Below, piece after piece: positions 12,851 through 27,029 of a stretch of DNA of 64,000 bases. The notes under the pieces were generated by a model. The model was not told the DNA's origin. It made no database searches and worked only from the letters and a program-made list of their open reading frames with translations. The first letter of the stretch is position 1. Every line of letters starts with the position of its first letter. Position numbers and translations under genes: made by a program. The DNA comes from Chiloscyllium plagiosum (taxonomy: Eukaryota). The stretch lies in assembly GCF_004010195.1 (NCBI RefSeq), contig NC_057752.1, positions 2,854,222-2,918,221 of the forward strand, written 5' to 3'.

Positions 12851-13709
12851 ACCACTTGGCCATGGCTAATTGAAGCTGTAGAATGTGTTTTGCGCCAGCA
12901 GATTGGAGCTTTGCGATCAGTTGCATCCTGCTCAATGATAAACTCTACCCACAGCCAGCAATGCATGAGGTTAGGAGAAATGAGTGATTGATCTCAACAA
13001 GTGCTCCAGTCTCTGCTGAGTTGGCTGATCAAGGCAGGATTGATACTTAGGGACAAACATTGACCTTAACAGGAGGCAGAGAAAATGGGCTCCCTAGCTG
13101 GAAACTTGTGCACTGACATGGGGTTCAACACAAATGCAATATTCTCACACAGGTTTCAATGTCCAATCTTTATTAGCATCACCCAAAAGGCTCATTCTAT
13201 GGTGTGATTCTACCATTAATTGCCGAGTCCAAACACACCAAATTGTTTTTACAGCGAGTAACTAAAATCTAAATGCCTACTTGATTAACAAGTGTGTAGC
13301 CTCTGTCCATCCCCATCCAAAACCAAAACAAAATCAGTTCAGTTCTCATTAAGCAAGGAATATCAGTTGTACACAAACTGGTGAACACATTCAGAAATGC
13401 AGCACAGTATAGCTGGACTCCAAACTCTTCTGGAATAATTTAGTGACATTGGAACTAACTAATGTCATAAAACCCGTTCACTCCTTATTCAAATTGATCA
13501 CTTACTGCATGCCACAGAAATTGTAGGTCAGCCTGTTTTGATTTATATGAGTAAAAGAAATCTCAAATTTAACCATGATTCACTTAACAAATTTGCAAAT
13601 ATGCATCAAGATGCTGCAGGATTTGCCTCCTAATACTGCGTGCACCCAAGCACTCCCCCTTCCTTCAACATTAAATGCAGGTGTACACTGCAGTAAATAA
13701 GACAGCAAC

Positions 13710-16629
13710 ATTCCGTATTGAAGGTTTTATTAAAACTGAGTGACACATACAAGCGTACAGTACAAAAGTCTGGTCCCTCAAAATACTACTCAGTAAAAAT
13801 ACAGATTATTGCAGCAATAACTGCAGAAGTTTAACTGTCTAAATACAGCTTGTTAGTGACTACGCCCATCCTAACCACATTCGTACCACACTTGAAAAGA
13901 GCAGGCAAGGAACAGTTTGAAACCCAATTACCTTCATATAGATTTTTCCTACATTTGAGAGAGGTGGCTTGCTGGAATATAGACCCCTAGATCACCTTGC
14001 AACACAGATAAAGGCTTACTCCAAACAGACTTCTGTATACTGGCCTGTTCAAGTGGTTTCAGCTTATGTATTTAACAGCAGTGTCAATCTTCATTGGAAA
14101 TGTAACTGATGTAATACCCAGCTGGTCAGTGACTAACAGAGAAAGCCATTTGCCATTACTTTCATATTTGACCCAATGAAATTTTAGAAAATCTGCCCCC
14201 TTCAACTGGTTCATCTCCGGAAGCTATGGTTCAGTGGGATATGGCAGTTTTCCCCCCAACCGTACGGATAGCAAATGTTCATGAGAAAGTCAAGACATTG
14301 AATACTACTCCAGCATTCTATGATGGAGGACTGCAATAAAATGGATTCAGGCTGTGCTGGATATCCACATCAGCATTTTCCAGCAGAAATTACCAGGTAG
14401 TGATTTGGAGTGGGAACTCAGGCTAATTATTTTCTCAAGTTGAGTACCACGTGAACTTGGGACTTAATTGTTCACGTATGGTTTAAGTATCATACCATAG
14501 GGTACACCAAACTTGGAAGATTTTTAAACAAAAAGACTCTTTAGAGGGGAATGATTTTCACTTTATGGTGGTGCATAAATAAAACATTGGTGTGACAGTA
14601 GTTCTTGTTGAATGTCATGGTCAGGTGGAACAACTCTACCGTAATCCTACCAAATTATTTGAACAAATCTCTAACTTTACATTTAGAACTACCTTTTTTC
14701 AGCCACCTCCTGGCAGCATTTACCCTGCAGAAACTCACTCACTGAGAGCTTGATCATGAGTGTCAATAGGCTACATAATTGCAAAGAGCATTAGAATGCC
14801 CTCAAAGGTGGATAGTGCATGAGTAATTGCTGAAAACCAAATGCTAAAGTGCACACACCCATTCATTTAAACTAGATCAGGATGCGTATTAAAAGCCTTG
14901 CAACTAATTTCTTTACAATAGGGAGTTGGCGAAACCTGGTTTATCTAATTTCAGAGAATGGCATCAACTCTTTCCAAGCTGAATGGTAGAATCAAGTTAT
15001 GATGGGCTCAGGTGAACAGCCTTATCTCACTGTCACAAGATTAAATTTGACTAATACATGTGGTTCACATGAAAGAGGGATCACACATGAATCAGCATAA
15101 GCTGCTACAATGCTGCTGCAAAGATCAAGAATGGTTGTGTGTCAGTTTGTCACCCCTTCACTTTTTGAAACTAATTAACTTTTTTAAAATCACTACAAAA
15201 TATTGACTCCTAAGAAGCTGCGCTCTTCCAAGACTTAGTCCAACTGTTGCAGTTTATACAACTATGGACTGGGTTTCAATCACTGCTACGTGGATTTACA
15301 TACATGTTCACAGAGGTAAGAGGTTACAAAGTAAGGTAAGAAGTTAACTGACCATTTAGTGCCCTGATCAAGACTGAAGTGTGTTTTGAAAAGTCCCTTA
15401 TTTTCACCAGCTTGCCAGGTATTACTATGACCAATCAGTAGCATTGTACTGAGATCTGTTAAGACTAATGCAAAATACAAGGGTGATGTTTAGGGTCCAG
15501 CACACACAGTCTTGAAATTAAAGAACTGAATGATACATGAACAAGGAAACATACTATAACTTTATCAATGCATCAGATAAAGCAACAATAGCCAGCTGAC
15601 CACCTTTAAATTGGAACTCGACATATTTTTCTCATCTAAAGCCAGAGAAAATTATCCCTTCATTTCTGGCCTTGCAACTTCTGATAGGAGTCAGGAGGAA
15701 TAAAGAATAACACAAAATACATTCGACCCAGTATATAAAGCAGCACTGGAGTGATTTTTTTTAAAAAAAGTCATTCATTAATTTGGGTGTAAAACTCACT
15801 TTAAACTCGTAACTTCTCATTTGTTCAAAACTAGCAAGATGAGTTTCAAACCAGAGTATAAGAAACCTTTCAGTCTAAATTAGAATCAGCCTTCAAAACA
15901 AACAAGACAGAGGAAGAATGCATTGGAAATAGAAGGATTAATAACTCGATGTAACTTGCAGGCTAGTGATTTTTGGGTTTTCTTTTTAAATGCTGCAACC
16001 TAGCATGGCCCCCAACAGTTGGCAAGTGGCATTATTTAGCCCTGACATGAAAGGGTGAAGAAGCGCTGATCCACTTTCATGCAGATACCAATACTGCTGC
16101 AAATACACCACTGGCTCACTGATATTAAGGATTGCCAGAAGGAAGCATATGTTGAAGAAGGTAGCTGGAATCACAGTTTGTGGTCAAAATACTTGCCACT
16201 TTCAACACAAAGCCACTTTAAAAATAATGTAACAAAGTAAGCAAGTGTAACATCAAATCTGTTGGATCTAGCTTGCTAACGTGTCTCTATTAGTAGTTCT
16301 ACTAAGTCATTTATATACCATTTTACATAGTTACTGAGGTCACCACGTGTGACTTATACTTCCCCAAATGCCAATAGAAGCTAACTTTATTTTCTAATCC
16401 TATGCTGTTTTATAAAGGGAACGTGTCAGTTGGACTAAAAGGTAGCAAAGAACACTTCAGGAGTACAAGGGCTATGCGGTGATTTATTTTGTGCAAGTGA
16501 TGCATGTAGTTTTACAGTTTGTATACTGTAACGGAAATCTTTGTGCACTCATAAAACTGCGTTCAACCTTGAACCCAGACATCTCGTATCAACCTGCTGC
16601 CACTCATGGGACGAAGCCACACAGGTTGC
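13710..16629 (-). other. SMARCD1: Putative SMARCD1 3'UTR (~2.9 kb)
   Basis: Repeat-poor stretch after the stop codon, ending at AATAAA (13726-13731) with upstream TGTA motifs and downstream U/GU-rich sequence. Confidence 0.55.
13726..13731 (-). terminator. Distal polyadenylation signal AATAAA
   Basis: ...ttttgtactgtacgcttgtatgtgtcactcagttttAATAAAaccttc... on the minus strand. Confidence 0.6.
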
Positions 16630-16683
16630 TTATGTATTACGGATGCCAAGAGCTTGTTCAAGCTCCTGTCTTCTCTGCTGCAC
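16630..16683 (-). CDS. SMARCD1: SMARCD1 exon 13 (VQQRRQELEQALGIRNT*)
   Basis: ttttag acceptor; 54 nt ending in TAA; matches the recalled SMARCD1 C-terminus. Confidence 0.96.
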   Translation of the reverse strand: MQQRRQELEQALGIRNT

Positions 16684-17997
16684 CTAAAACAAACAAGAAA
16701 GGAGAAAGAAAGTTGCTCATCCATCTTTACTGCAAAAAGTACAACACAAAAGCAAAGGGTCCATTTTCAGAACACCTGATCCAGCGGAAACAGCACGCAA
16801 TGGCATGCTGTCGCTGTCACAATGCTTTCCTGGACCTACCTGGTGAATAAAAAGAGCACTTCAAATCACGTACAGAAGACCCCAACTAGCATAGCTCGAC
16901 TGAACTGGAAAGTGAAAACATGCTAGACACTAGCATGGTTGAGTAGCCCCAAAGGGCAGGTTCCTCTCTGCTGCGGTCAGGCAGGGAGTCAGAGTGCTCC
17001 ACAAAGATAATTGGGCATTATCACTGACCCCCAATCAACATACTGTCCTTCGGCCAACAGGCAGAAAATCGACCAGTTTGGGGAAGATGGGCATCACAAC
17101 CTAAACATTAGAGCCAAACCTTTCAGGAGTGAAATTAAAAAAATACTCCTGCACACAAAATGGAACAGTTGTTTGGAACTCTTTTCCACAAATGGAAATA
17201 AGTTATTGGGTCAATTGTATAGAGATTGATGACATAATTGATTCCTGTTTGTGTGTCTGCGACCTCCTTTGATGTCAGTGGCTGCTTGGTCAGCCTGACC
17301 AAGATCACTGAAGTTTTATGCTGGGAATCTCCAGCATCCCCACACGGTGACAGAAGTGAATTTCACATTGAAGATCATTTGAGCTCTCAGCGAGACCAAC
17401 TTCAAGGTGAGCAGCAAATGTCCCTGCTGCACAGTGGGTTGAAAATCCAGCCCATATTTTGAAATTCAAATAGTCCATCCTTTGCCCTTTACTTTGGTAT
17501 GGCAAGAAGATGTTTACTGAAGAATTGAACAATTTCATAACAATGTACTGGAGGTCATTTAAGAAGCCAACACAATGACAGAGAAAGGGAAACCATTCAA
17601 CACTTGTTTGTCAAAGGCCTGACAAATGCATCCTTATGAGTAAGCTGCCTCCAACAGATTTGCCCCTTTCACAACAATGTGGTTTAACTTGTATAAAAAA
17701 ACAACAATGTCATATCACAAGTGTACTCGTTTCCCAAAGCAATCTTGTTTCTGGTCTCTGAGCACAGTTGCCATTTTGTGGACAAGTTTGTGCTCTAAGC
17801 ATAAAATGATGAGTCTGAGGTAGTGTCAATCTTCCTCTTCCTCAATCACGCATGGGGATTTCAGGTATGAGAGAGATACATCCCACTGACACCAGATTTA
17901 AGGAATAATACAGATTATGCCAACTGAACAGTGCCAAAGTCCCCATTACAAAGTAATTAAAACAAAAATTTCACCCAATGATGGTCAATTCTGATCA

Positions 17998-18108
<111 letters not shown>

Positions 18109-19247
18109 CTACAAATACAAAATATCAAACACGTGACTGGAATAGACAGATGCAATTTAAAAATAAATGGTGTCGAAGGTTCCCAAGATTCTATGCAAGT
18201 TACCAGGGGTAGGCCAAGTTCACTCGCTATCGAAACATCAGGGGGACAGATGGGCTTTTGGCAATTGCACTTTGCATTTCATTAGCGCATCACAGAAACA
18301 CAGGATCAGCAATGCAGCTGAACACCACCTTTCTGCCACTTCATGCTGTCGGACAAAGTGCAAATATTGCAATGTAAAGTGGCTGTAAGAAGTGGAACAA
18401 ATGCTCAAATTTGTTTTGGGCAGTAATACAGAAAGCATGGGGCATTGCGAGGATCAATACAAGTGAGTTTTTTTTCTAAGGTAATGATTAAGTGTCTTAT
18501 ATCTACGTACATAGGAACAAAGAAACAGGAGCAGCCAATCAGTCCTTCCAGCTTGCCGCACTATTCAATTTGATCACAATAGTTTTGTGCTATAAAGGTA
18601 GATCATTATTGCAACATTGGAAGATTTGAGACTTCATATTCCACAAGTTTTATTTATTTATAAAAATCCATAAAAGCAAAGTGCTTGTTTTTGCTGTTCT
18701 TTTCCTGAATGCTGTACTGGTGTATAGATATTCAATTAGATCAATGCTCTTCAAAATAAACGTATTCATGGACGGGAGTTTGGCCTATTAATTGTAAGTG
18801 TTTTTTTTTATCAGAGTGACTTACGAAAGCATTACGAATGTAGGGGGAGACCAAAACAATACAGCAGTTTGCTTCCATGTATCAGCCTATAAATGTCTAG
18901 ATTGTCATTTAAATTTCACAGCTTCCAGAATTCAAGACCCTGAGCCTACTCACAGCTTGGCAATTGCCAGCGCCCGTTTTACTGCTGGTTATACACTGGC
19001 AGTGCAAACTACTGTCGCAATTACTTTGTAGTATTAGGAAGGATCTCCTGACGTTCTGTCACATAATGCCTAAAGAAGTGGTTTCATCCTGGGTGAAACT
19101 GGCAGCAGCAAATATGAACAGACCTCTGGAGGTCACAACCGCACCTTGAGCATTACAAAATGCCCCATGTCACTGCATTTCAGTTACAGGGAGGCTGGGA
19201 CCTCAGTCTTTCACACAGATCATGAACACACGTCTAATGTCGCTGAC

Positions 19248-19364
19248 CTGTATGGACCTTCTGGTCCGGCTGAATTGGAAAACATTATTACGCAGTTGCT
19301 GTTCTTGCCATGAACTTGGCTTGAAGCATAAACGGCTCAAGTTTAGAGCATCCAAGGCAATGTT
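19248..19364 (-). CDS. SMARCD1: Candidate in-frame cassette exon 11a (NIALDALNLSRLCFKPSSWQEQQLRNNVFQFSRTRRSIQ)
   Basis: ~50-nt polypyrimidine tract plus TAG acceptor; CAG|gtcagc donor; 117 nt; open only in the frame required by the phase-0 intron. Confidence 0.5.
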
Positions 19365-22300
19365 CTACCATGAGAGAGGAAAAAAAAGACAAAGAGCAAG
19401 AGAAAAGATAAAGAAAGAAGACCTCCATGAATGTGGGCAATCAGGAGCAACTCTTCATGGTCTGAAACAGAAAGTCAACTGGCTGACTGATACCCAGCTA
19501 GTATTCAAAATGGCCCAGCTTGATAATAGGCAACAGAAGCTAATGAATCATGTGCACCTCTCATACCCAACAAAACAAGACCAATCCTGGCCACGACAAC
19601 TGGGCCAAGGTGCCAGGTTTTACTTTTGCTTTGCGCAGTTGAGTTCAAACAGAGGGAAAAGTTTCCATTTCTATCGGAGCAGAATCCATTTGTAAATTTT
19701 TAAACCCCAAAAGAAAAACTTGTATTAACAATAGGGATTCATGTTCGGACTTCTCTTCAGACAAGAATGAAACATTTGAGCATGGGCAGAGTAAACAGAA
19801 CAGGATTTGATAATTAGTGGAAAGGATGTAAAAAAGGCACAGGGAACGGGGTAGTTGTGTAGAAAATGCAGGTTAATATAGAAATGAGAACTTTTAAAAA
19901 AAAAGTGTGGTGGTGGGACATGGGGAGTCAAAGAGAATGGTGGCAGGGCTGTGTGTGGAAGAGGGGAGAGAGAATGGAAATACACCCTAACTAGTTCAAT
20001 GGAATTTGGCTATGGCTGCAGATTGGTTCAAGTTTAAAATCAAAAGCACTAATGGAATCTTAAGAGTTCATTTACATGGCAACCTAAAGGCAAGGTGGTA
20101 ATGAATCTGCTGCTTAGGTTAAAGTTAGAGTTATGTGGGCAAATTCATGGAAAGGACATGAGAACCTTGCAAATGGTGCAACTCAGATTTATGAGGATGC
20201 ACAGAAATAATTATTGAGAGACTTGAAATGCTCCACATATTCACTGAAAAGAGGCAGCCATGGGAGAAGCAAATAGATGTGCTCAAAATGTTAGAAATAT
20301 TTGAAGAGGTATCCACTGATTAAATTATGGCATAAGTTCAGAATAAGTACAGGTATAAAGAGGGTTAAAATGATCCCTTTTCACGTGCAGGAATATCAGA
20401 ATGTGGAATATGCTATTACAACTGGGAGCTGTGAAAGCCATGTTGATCACATTACTGAAAATGGGATAGTCAGAGGAATAGTAGTAAATGCTTCAGGCAG
20501 AGCAGGGCAATGACATTGAATAGTTCCAATACAGAGCTTGTGCAGTCAGTGGAATAAAATGATCTCCTCATTGAGGTGAAATTTCTATACAATTAAGCCT
20601 TTTCAGACTTTTGATCATCTCACGGTCATAAACCTAATGCAAAGCTCTGAACCATTGAAACAAGTGGTTGTTGCCATCCAAGGCACTCCTATGTAGACAA
20701 TGACTGAAAAGCAAACCTTGCTGCTCACGGTCTGCTGGAAACTGCAAAGGTACAAACATTCCGCAGGCAATGACTGGATTTGGATCTAGGGCTGTAATTT
20801 GCGTACCCTTACTATACATCACATTCACCAAATTTACAGTCAAACCTCTTGCTGTGATATCTATTAAAATCCGTGCTTTCGTATTTATTAGCTGTCAAAC
20901 TCGCTGTAAAAAATGAATGAAAGTGTGCATTATTTAGCGCCTTTCCTGACCTCACCATGTCCCCAAGTGCTTGCAGCCCAATTAACTACTTTTGAGGTGC
21001 AGTCCTGGTTACAATGAGAAGCCAAATGCAGCAGCCAATTTGCGCATTGCAAGAAGCAAAAACAGCCACGAGATAATGACCAAATGATTTTTCTTAAAGC
21101 CCTGTTGGCTGAGGGATTAATATCAGCTAGAACACAAGAATGCTACTGCTCGTCTTCCCAGTGCTATTGATGGACAAACAATCTATTCACAAAGCCTTTC
21201 TTGTCTATAGGATCTGTGCAACTGGAATTACATACCTACTTTCAAATCATACAACATGTCTGAACTGAGTCTCCTACATTCACATCTGTAATGGAAATCA
21301 CCCACATAAACATACTGCAGTATAATTACATCCACTTGCCAGTGGGAGCATTGCCGGTCTTGGAATAAAGAGGTGAAATGAAAACAAAATATGTCCATTT
21401 GGGGGTCTCTAGCACAAATGTGGACATAAGAATTAAAATGGCAAGTTTTACAGGAAGTGCTTACAGACGCAGGTCAGGTTAACATTTCTGTTTAACTACC
21501 AGCACCAAGAATGTATTTTGAATGCACTAACTGCTGCCTGCTGATATTGATGATTATTAAGCTCACTATGGTAAAATGGAACAGAGAGTCCAAGACAGCG
21601 TAGTTTGGGAATGGCTCAGAGAAAGGAGAGGCTTGGCAGACTGAATGACATTTTTCTGTCCTAGGCTCTTATTTTGGCAGTAATAAAAACGAGATGCAAT
21701 ATTTAGCAAGAATGTGGCTTTTTGGGTTTAAAATAAAGCCAGTGTTTATTTTAATAAAAAGCTCAATCAGGAGAATTAATGCAAAGTACAGCAATTCAAA
21801 ATAAGACAGCAATGTCATTCCGGTAGGTCAAGTATCAATTCAGCTTGTGAGCTGCTCAACAATGTGGTTGAAGTCTTGTTTTCTGAAAGATTACTCAGCC
21901 CCAAATACAACAATGCAAATAATACCAGCATGACTCAGCAGAAAGGCAGGTTGTTTGCTACAAATGATTAAGATAAAGGCATAAACCAGTTTATGATGGC
22001 AGACTGGACAGGGAGATCAGAAACTCATACTGGGTTGAACCTACAAACAGCAATCTCGATCCTTTTATCCAGAAAGGCACTCGAACACCAGATTCTTCAA
22101 TGAAATATAATTCACCCCAGGCATTATGCAAAAAAGGAATACACACTAACCCAGCTATTATGGTGATTTATAAAGATATCAAGTGACACGCCAAAGAGAA
22201 AAAGGTAACCAGTATGACTGTCACAGGAGCAAACTTAATCATCAATACCTCACATGCGGCTATGGAAGTGGCTCTACATTAGGCTTACTCTCTCTCTTGC

Positions 22301-22708
22301 TGCACTTCAATACTGTGCACACTAATCTATGTTTCCTGCATACTTTGTCGATAAACAACAATGTCTGTTTATAATAATGGAAATTAAAAACCTCAAGCCT
22401 GTTATCCAACAATTCACTACAGGCAGTTCAGATTGGAAGTACAGTATTTTGGTTAAATAATCAGATATAAAATTCCCTTCTACTCAATACATTCTTATGA
22501 TAACAAATTAAGGACTTTTGAATAATGTTTCTTATAACTTGGAAGTGAGAGACTTGTGAAATAAACATTATTCCAATAAATGCCCATGTCTGATGTAACA
22601 GTTTCACTAACTAGTTTTGCTCACAAGTACAGTGCATAGTGTTGCATTGTCAAAAGAACGTATAGTCAAAGAGAAGCTATATATGATTTCAGATGGTGAA
22701 ATACATAC

Positions 22709-22831
22709 CTTCAGGTCACGGCACTGGGACTGCAACCAGTCATTGATGAAGCCCTGTGGATCTCTGGCAAAACTCAACATGAACTCCCTCTGTGTCTTGA
22801 GCTGGTTAATGGTCTCTATTGTTTCATGGAT
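22709..22831 (-). CDS. SMARCD1: SMARCD1 exon 11 ([41 protein letters not shown])
   Basis: 123 nt, cag| ... |gtatgt. Confidence 0.96.
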
Positions 22832-22899
22832 CTGTGAAAGTAAAGCAGCGGGGTTACACACCTCAAACTCAGAAAGGAGATTGCAGCTGGCTAATGGTC

Positions 22900-23480
22900 A
22901 TTCTTGGTGGTAGAGGCTGCAGGCTTGGAAGATGATGTCACAGGAGCTTTGACAAGCTGCTGCAGGGTCAGTGGGACACTGCTGCTACTGTACATCAACG
23001 ATTAAGAGAGTGAATGTTGAAAGTGGTGGATGTGGTGCCAATCAAGCGGGGGCTGCTTTGTCTTGAATGGTGTCAAGCTTCTCGAGTGTTGTTGGAGCTG
23101 CACCACCAGGTAAGTGGGGAGTATATTCCATCACACTCCTGCCTTGTAGGTGGTAGACAGGCTTTGGGGAGTCAGGTGGTGAGTTACACACTGCAGAATT
23201 CTCAACCTCTGACATGCTCTTCTCGCCATTTATATGGCCAATCCAGTTTAGCTTCTGGTCACTAGCAAACATCAAGTTATTGATGGCAGTGGATTCAGTA
23301 AAAGTAATGCCAATGAGCGTCAAAAGGAGATAGCTAGATTCTCTTTTGTTGGTGATGGTTATTGTCTAGCACTTGTGTGACATGAAAATGACTTGCCATT
23401 TATCAGCCTGAATTCTGTCCATATCGTGCTGCATACAGGCATACACCATTTCAGGAACTGAGCTGTAGTAAACAGTACTG
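22900..23480 (-). mobile_element. Decayed LINE fragment
   Basis: DQKLNW.GHI ... RSVMEY ... APTTLEKLDTIQDKAA RT C-terminal peptide. Confidence 0.7.
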
Positions 23481-23789
23481 AACGCTGTTCAAGCATAAAA
23501 GAGTGTAAAGAAAGAGGAATAGACGAGATGGCCCTTGAGGTTGCCTCAGTATTCAATGCAAACATTTCCACTTTCCTGCCTTGGATGATAACAGATTAGT
23601 GTAGAATAGATGGGCTTCAAATTATTTTCACAGGTCGGCGCAACATCGAGGGCCAAAGGGCCTGTACTGCGCTGCAATGTTCTATGTTCCATCCCATACC
23701 CCTCAATTCGGATACCAAAAATCTGTTCATCATGGCCTTGAATATTTTCAACAATGAAAATATCCACAACTTCTAAAAATCTGTTTGAG

Positions 23790-24600
23790 ACTTTACATGC
23801 ACTCAAATAACCATCCAATGACCTCCATCTCTATTGCACCTCAGTTGAAACATTAATAGAGACCAAAACTGTGCATATAATCGAATTAGGTCTCACCAAA
23901 TTCATGTAAAATTTTCGCAAGACTTCCTTATTCTTGTACTACAGTCCCCTTATACTACAGCCCCTTTGCCATTTCCCTTCCTCATTGCTTGCTTTTCCTG
24001 AACGCTAACTTTGTGCATTTCTTACACCTTAGTCCCTCTGAACATCAAGATTTAAAAGCTTCACGCCTTTTAGAAAATAATATCTCATTACTCTCACAAC
24101 CAAAGCGAGTAAATTCTCACCTTCCTACATTATACTCCATCTGTCATCATCCTGCTCATTCGCTTGACCTGTCTAGCTCTTTGCAGATTACATTTTCCTC
24201 ACAGCTGACATTGCCAGCAAACTTCCATGAAAACACAGTAAATGTTTCTAAGCTATTAACACAGATTAGTAATATCTGAGGTCCCAGCACCAATCCTTGC
24301 CGCACTCGACAATTCAGTCTGCCAACATGAAAGTGACCTATTTATCCCTACTCATTGCTTTCTGCCTGCTAACCAATCCTTACCCATGCTGATATATCAA
24401 CCCAACTCCATGAGTTCATGCCTTACCTTTTGTGTGGCACCTTGTTGAATGCCTTTTGGGAATACAAGTAAACTACATTTGCTGGTTTCCCTGTGTCTAC
24501 CCTACTAGTTTCATTCTCAAAAAACTGACATTTGTAAACATATTCTTGCTTCCATAAAACCATGTCGACTTTGTCTGATCATACTACCACCAGCAGACAT
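23790..24600 (-). mobile_element. Decayed CR1 LINE fragment
   Basis: Antisense CR1 RT-region motifs (gtgtggcaccttgttgaatgccttttgg, ccatgtcgactttg on +). Confidence 0.65.
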
Positions 24601-24813
24601 CCTTGCTTCTGACCTTACGATGGAGGCAAAGCCATTGATGAAGCAGTTGAAGATGAGTGTCTAGGCCATTACCTGAAGAGATTCTCCCCATGCTTGAGCA
24701 AGGAGCCTCAGGTTCAAGTCTCACCTGCTCCAGAGGCACATATTCACATTTCTGAACGGACTGATGAGAAAATATCTACCTGAAGGAAGTTCTGCAGCAA
24801 AGTCCTGGGGCTG

Positions 24814-25116
24814 AGATTAGATTAGATTACCTACAGTGTGGAAACAGGCCCTTTGGCCCAACAAGTCCACACCGACCTCCGAACAGCAACCCACCCAGAC
24901 CCATTCCCCTACATTTACCTCTGCACCGAACACTACGGGCAATTTAGCATGACCAACTCACCTAACCTTTGGACCGTGGGAGGAAACCAGAGCACCCGGA
25001 GGAAACCCATGCAGACATGGGGAGAATGTGCAAATTCCACACAGACAGTTGCCCGAGGCGGGAATTGAACCCGGGTCTCTGGTGCTGAGAGGCAGCAGTA
25101 CTAGCCGCTGAGCCAC
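24814..25116 (-). mobile_element. HE1/V-SINE-like SINE
   Basis: (agatt)n tail on +; B-box ggttcaattcc on minus. Confidence 0.85.
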
Positions 25117-25430
25117 TTTATAATGCTGCTAAATTTGTCAACTATTTGAGCAATGGACTAAGGCGCCCTAAACCTGAGAAAAAAAATCACTGAACAGCTT
25201 TTTAAAAAAGCTTAGTACATTGACGGTAAAATCTATTCTGCACACCAACCTGAGAATAAAAATTCCTTTGAATCTCGAGCTTTGCGTTGTCTAACTAGTT
25301 ACAATCTCTGGTCCTTTCATCATTTAAGACTGCAATAAAAGGTTATCTGACCAGAGGGAGACGCAGTAAAGAGTCTTCACTCTTGGTTTCGGTCAGGCAT
25401 CAATACCAAATTTAAACTAGTGTGAAGTCA

Positions 25431-25613
<183 letters not shown>

Positions 25614-25964
25614 TTAACAGGAATTGGTATGATATTGTAGAATACAATGGCATGCATTAAAGCTGTAGTGATATTAGTTCGCCGATGCATTCGTTTGGCT
25701 CGAATACAGATATCTGCTAAATACAAGCAGGTCACAATGTTGACAATGTGTTATGCAGTTACAGATTACATATCTGCAAAAAGGTTCCTGCTTTTGAACT
25801 TGTGCTTCCGACAATGTCAATATCTCACTGTCAGACTGCATCAGAGAAAGCTAAAACAGTCCAAGGTTAACACCTTGTAAAGCCTTGAACCAGTTAAAAT
25901 ACACTGCAAGTCAACCTGTTCAGTGAAATGAAAACCCAAAGGAATAACGCTCAAATAAATTAGT

Positions 25965-26770
25965 AGAGTCATAGAGATCTACAGTATAGAAAAAGGCCTT
26001 TTGGCCCATTGTGCCCATGCCAGGCCAAAGCAACCACCTAATAATTCTAATCATATTTGCCAGCACTTGGTCCATAGTCTTGTATGCCTTGGCATTGCAA
26101 GTGTATCTGTAAATACTTAAATGCTGTGAGGGGTTCTGCCTCTACAACCCTTAAAGGCAGTGAGTTCCACATTCCCATCACCCTCTGGATAAAAAGGTTT
26201 TTCCTCAAATCTCCCTCTACCCTTTCACCTGTTGCCTTAAATCGATGCCCCCGGTCATTGATCGCTCCATTACGGGAAACCGTTTTTTCTTGTCTACCCT
26301 ATCTATGCCCCTCATCATTTTATACATCTCAATCTGTGTCCTCTCAACCTCCACTGCTTTCAGGAAAACAACCCGTCTGTCCAAACTCTCTTCATAACTG
26401 AAATGCTCCAGCCTAGGCAACATCCTGATAAATCTCATCTGCACCCTCTCCAACACCATCACATCCCTCCCTGTAATGTGGATTCCAGAACTGCACACTT
26501 CAGAACTTAGCCGTGGCCTAATCAATGTTTTATACAGTTCCAGCATAGCCTCCCTGCTCTTAAACTCTATGCTTTGACTAATAAAGGCAAGTATACCATC
26601 AGCCTTCTTAAACATTTTATCCACCTGTCCTAATACTTTAAGGAACCGGTATAGATGCACACCAAGGTCCCCCTGATCCTCAGTGCTTCCTCGGGTCTGA
26701 CTGTTCATCATATATTCCCGTACCTTATTTATCGTGCCCAAGTGCATTACCTCACATTTATTCAGCATAG
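25965..26770 (-). mobile_element. CR1 LINE 3' fragment
   Basis: ORF 26217-26768 KCEVMHLG...MLELYKTLIRP...ERVQMRFIRMLP. Confidence 0.9.
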
Positions 26771-26846
26771 AGTGTGCTTTGAGAAATGTGTCAACAATTG
26801 TCAGAACTTATTATTCAGAAGCTTTGTAATGAATGGACCAAGTTCA

Positions 26847-26954
<108 letters not shown>

Positions 26955-27029
26955 CTACAAAAAGAGAGAAAGCATATTCAATAAAATCAGGGTCCAGCTG
27001 TCATTTAAAAATAAGACCCACATATACCA

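Noticed and set aside
16479..16850. 123-aa plus-strand ORF
   Set aside because: Antisense shadow of SMARCD1 exon 13 and flanks; no homology recognised.
19222..19695. 157-aa plus-strand ORF
   Set aside because: Antisense to the candidate cassette exon; its K/R/E-rich part is simply the complement of the polypyrimidine tract.
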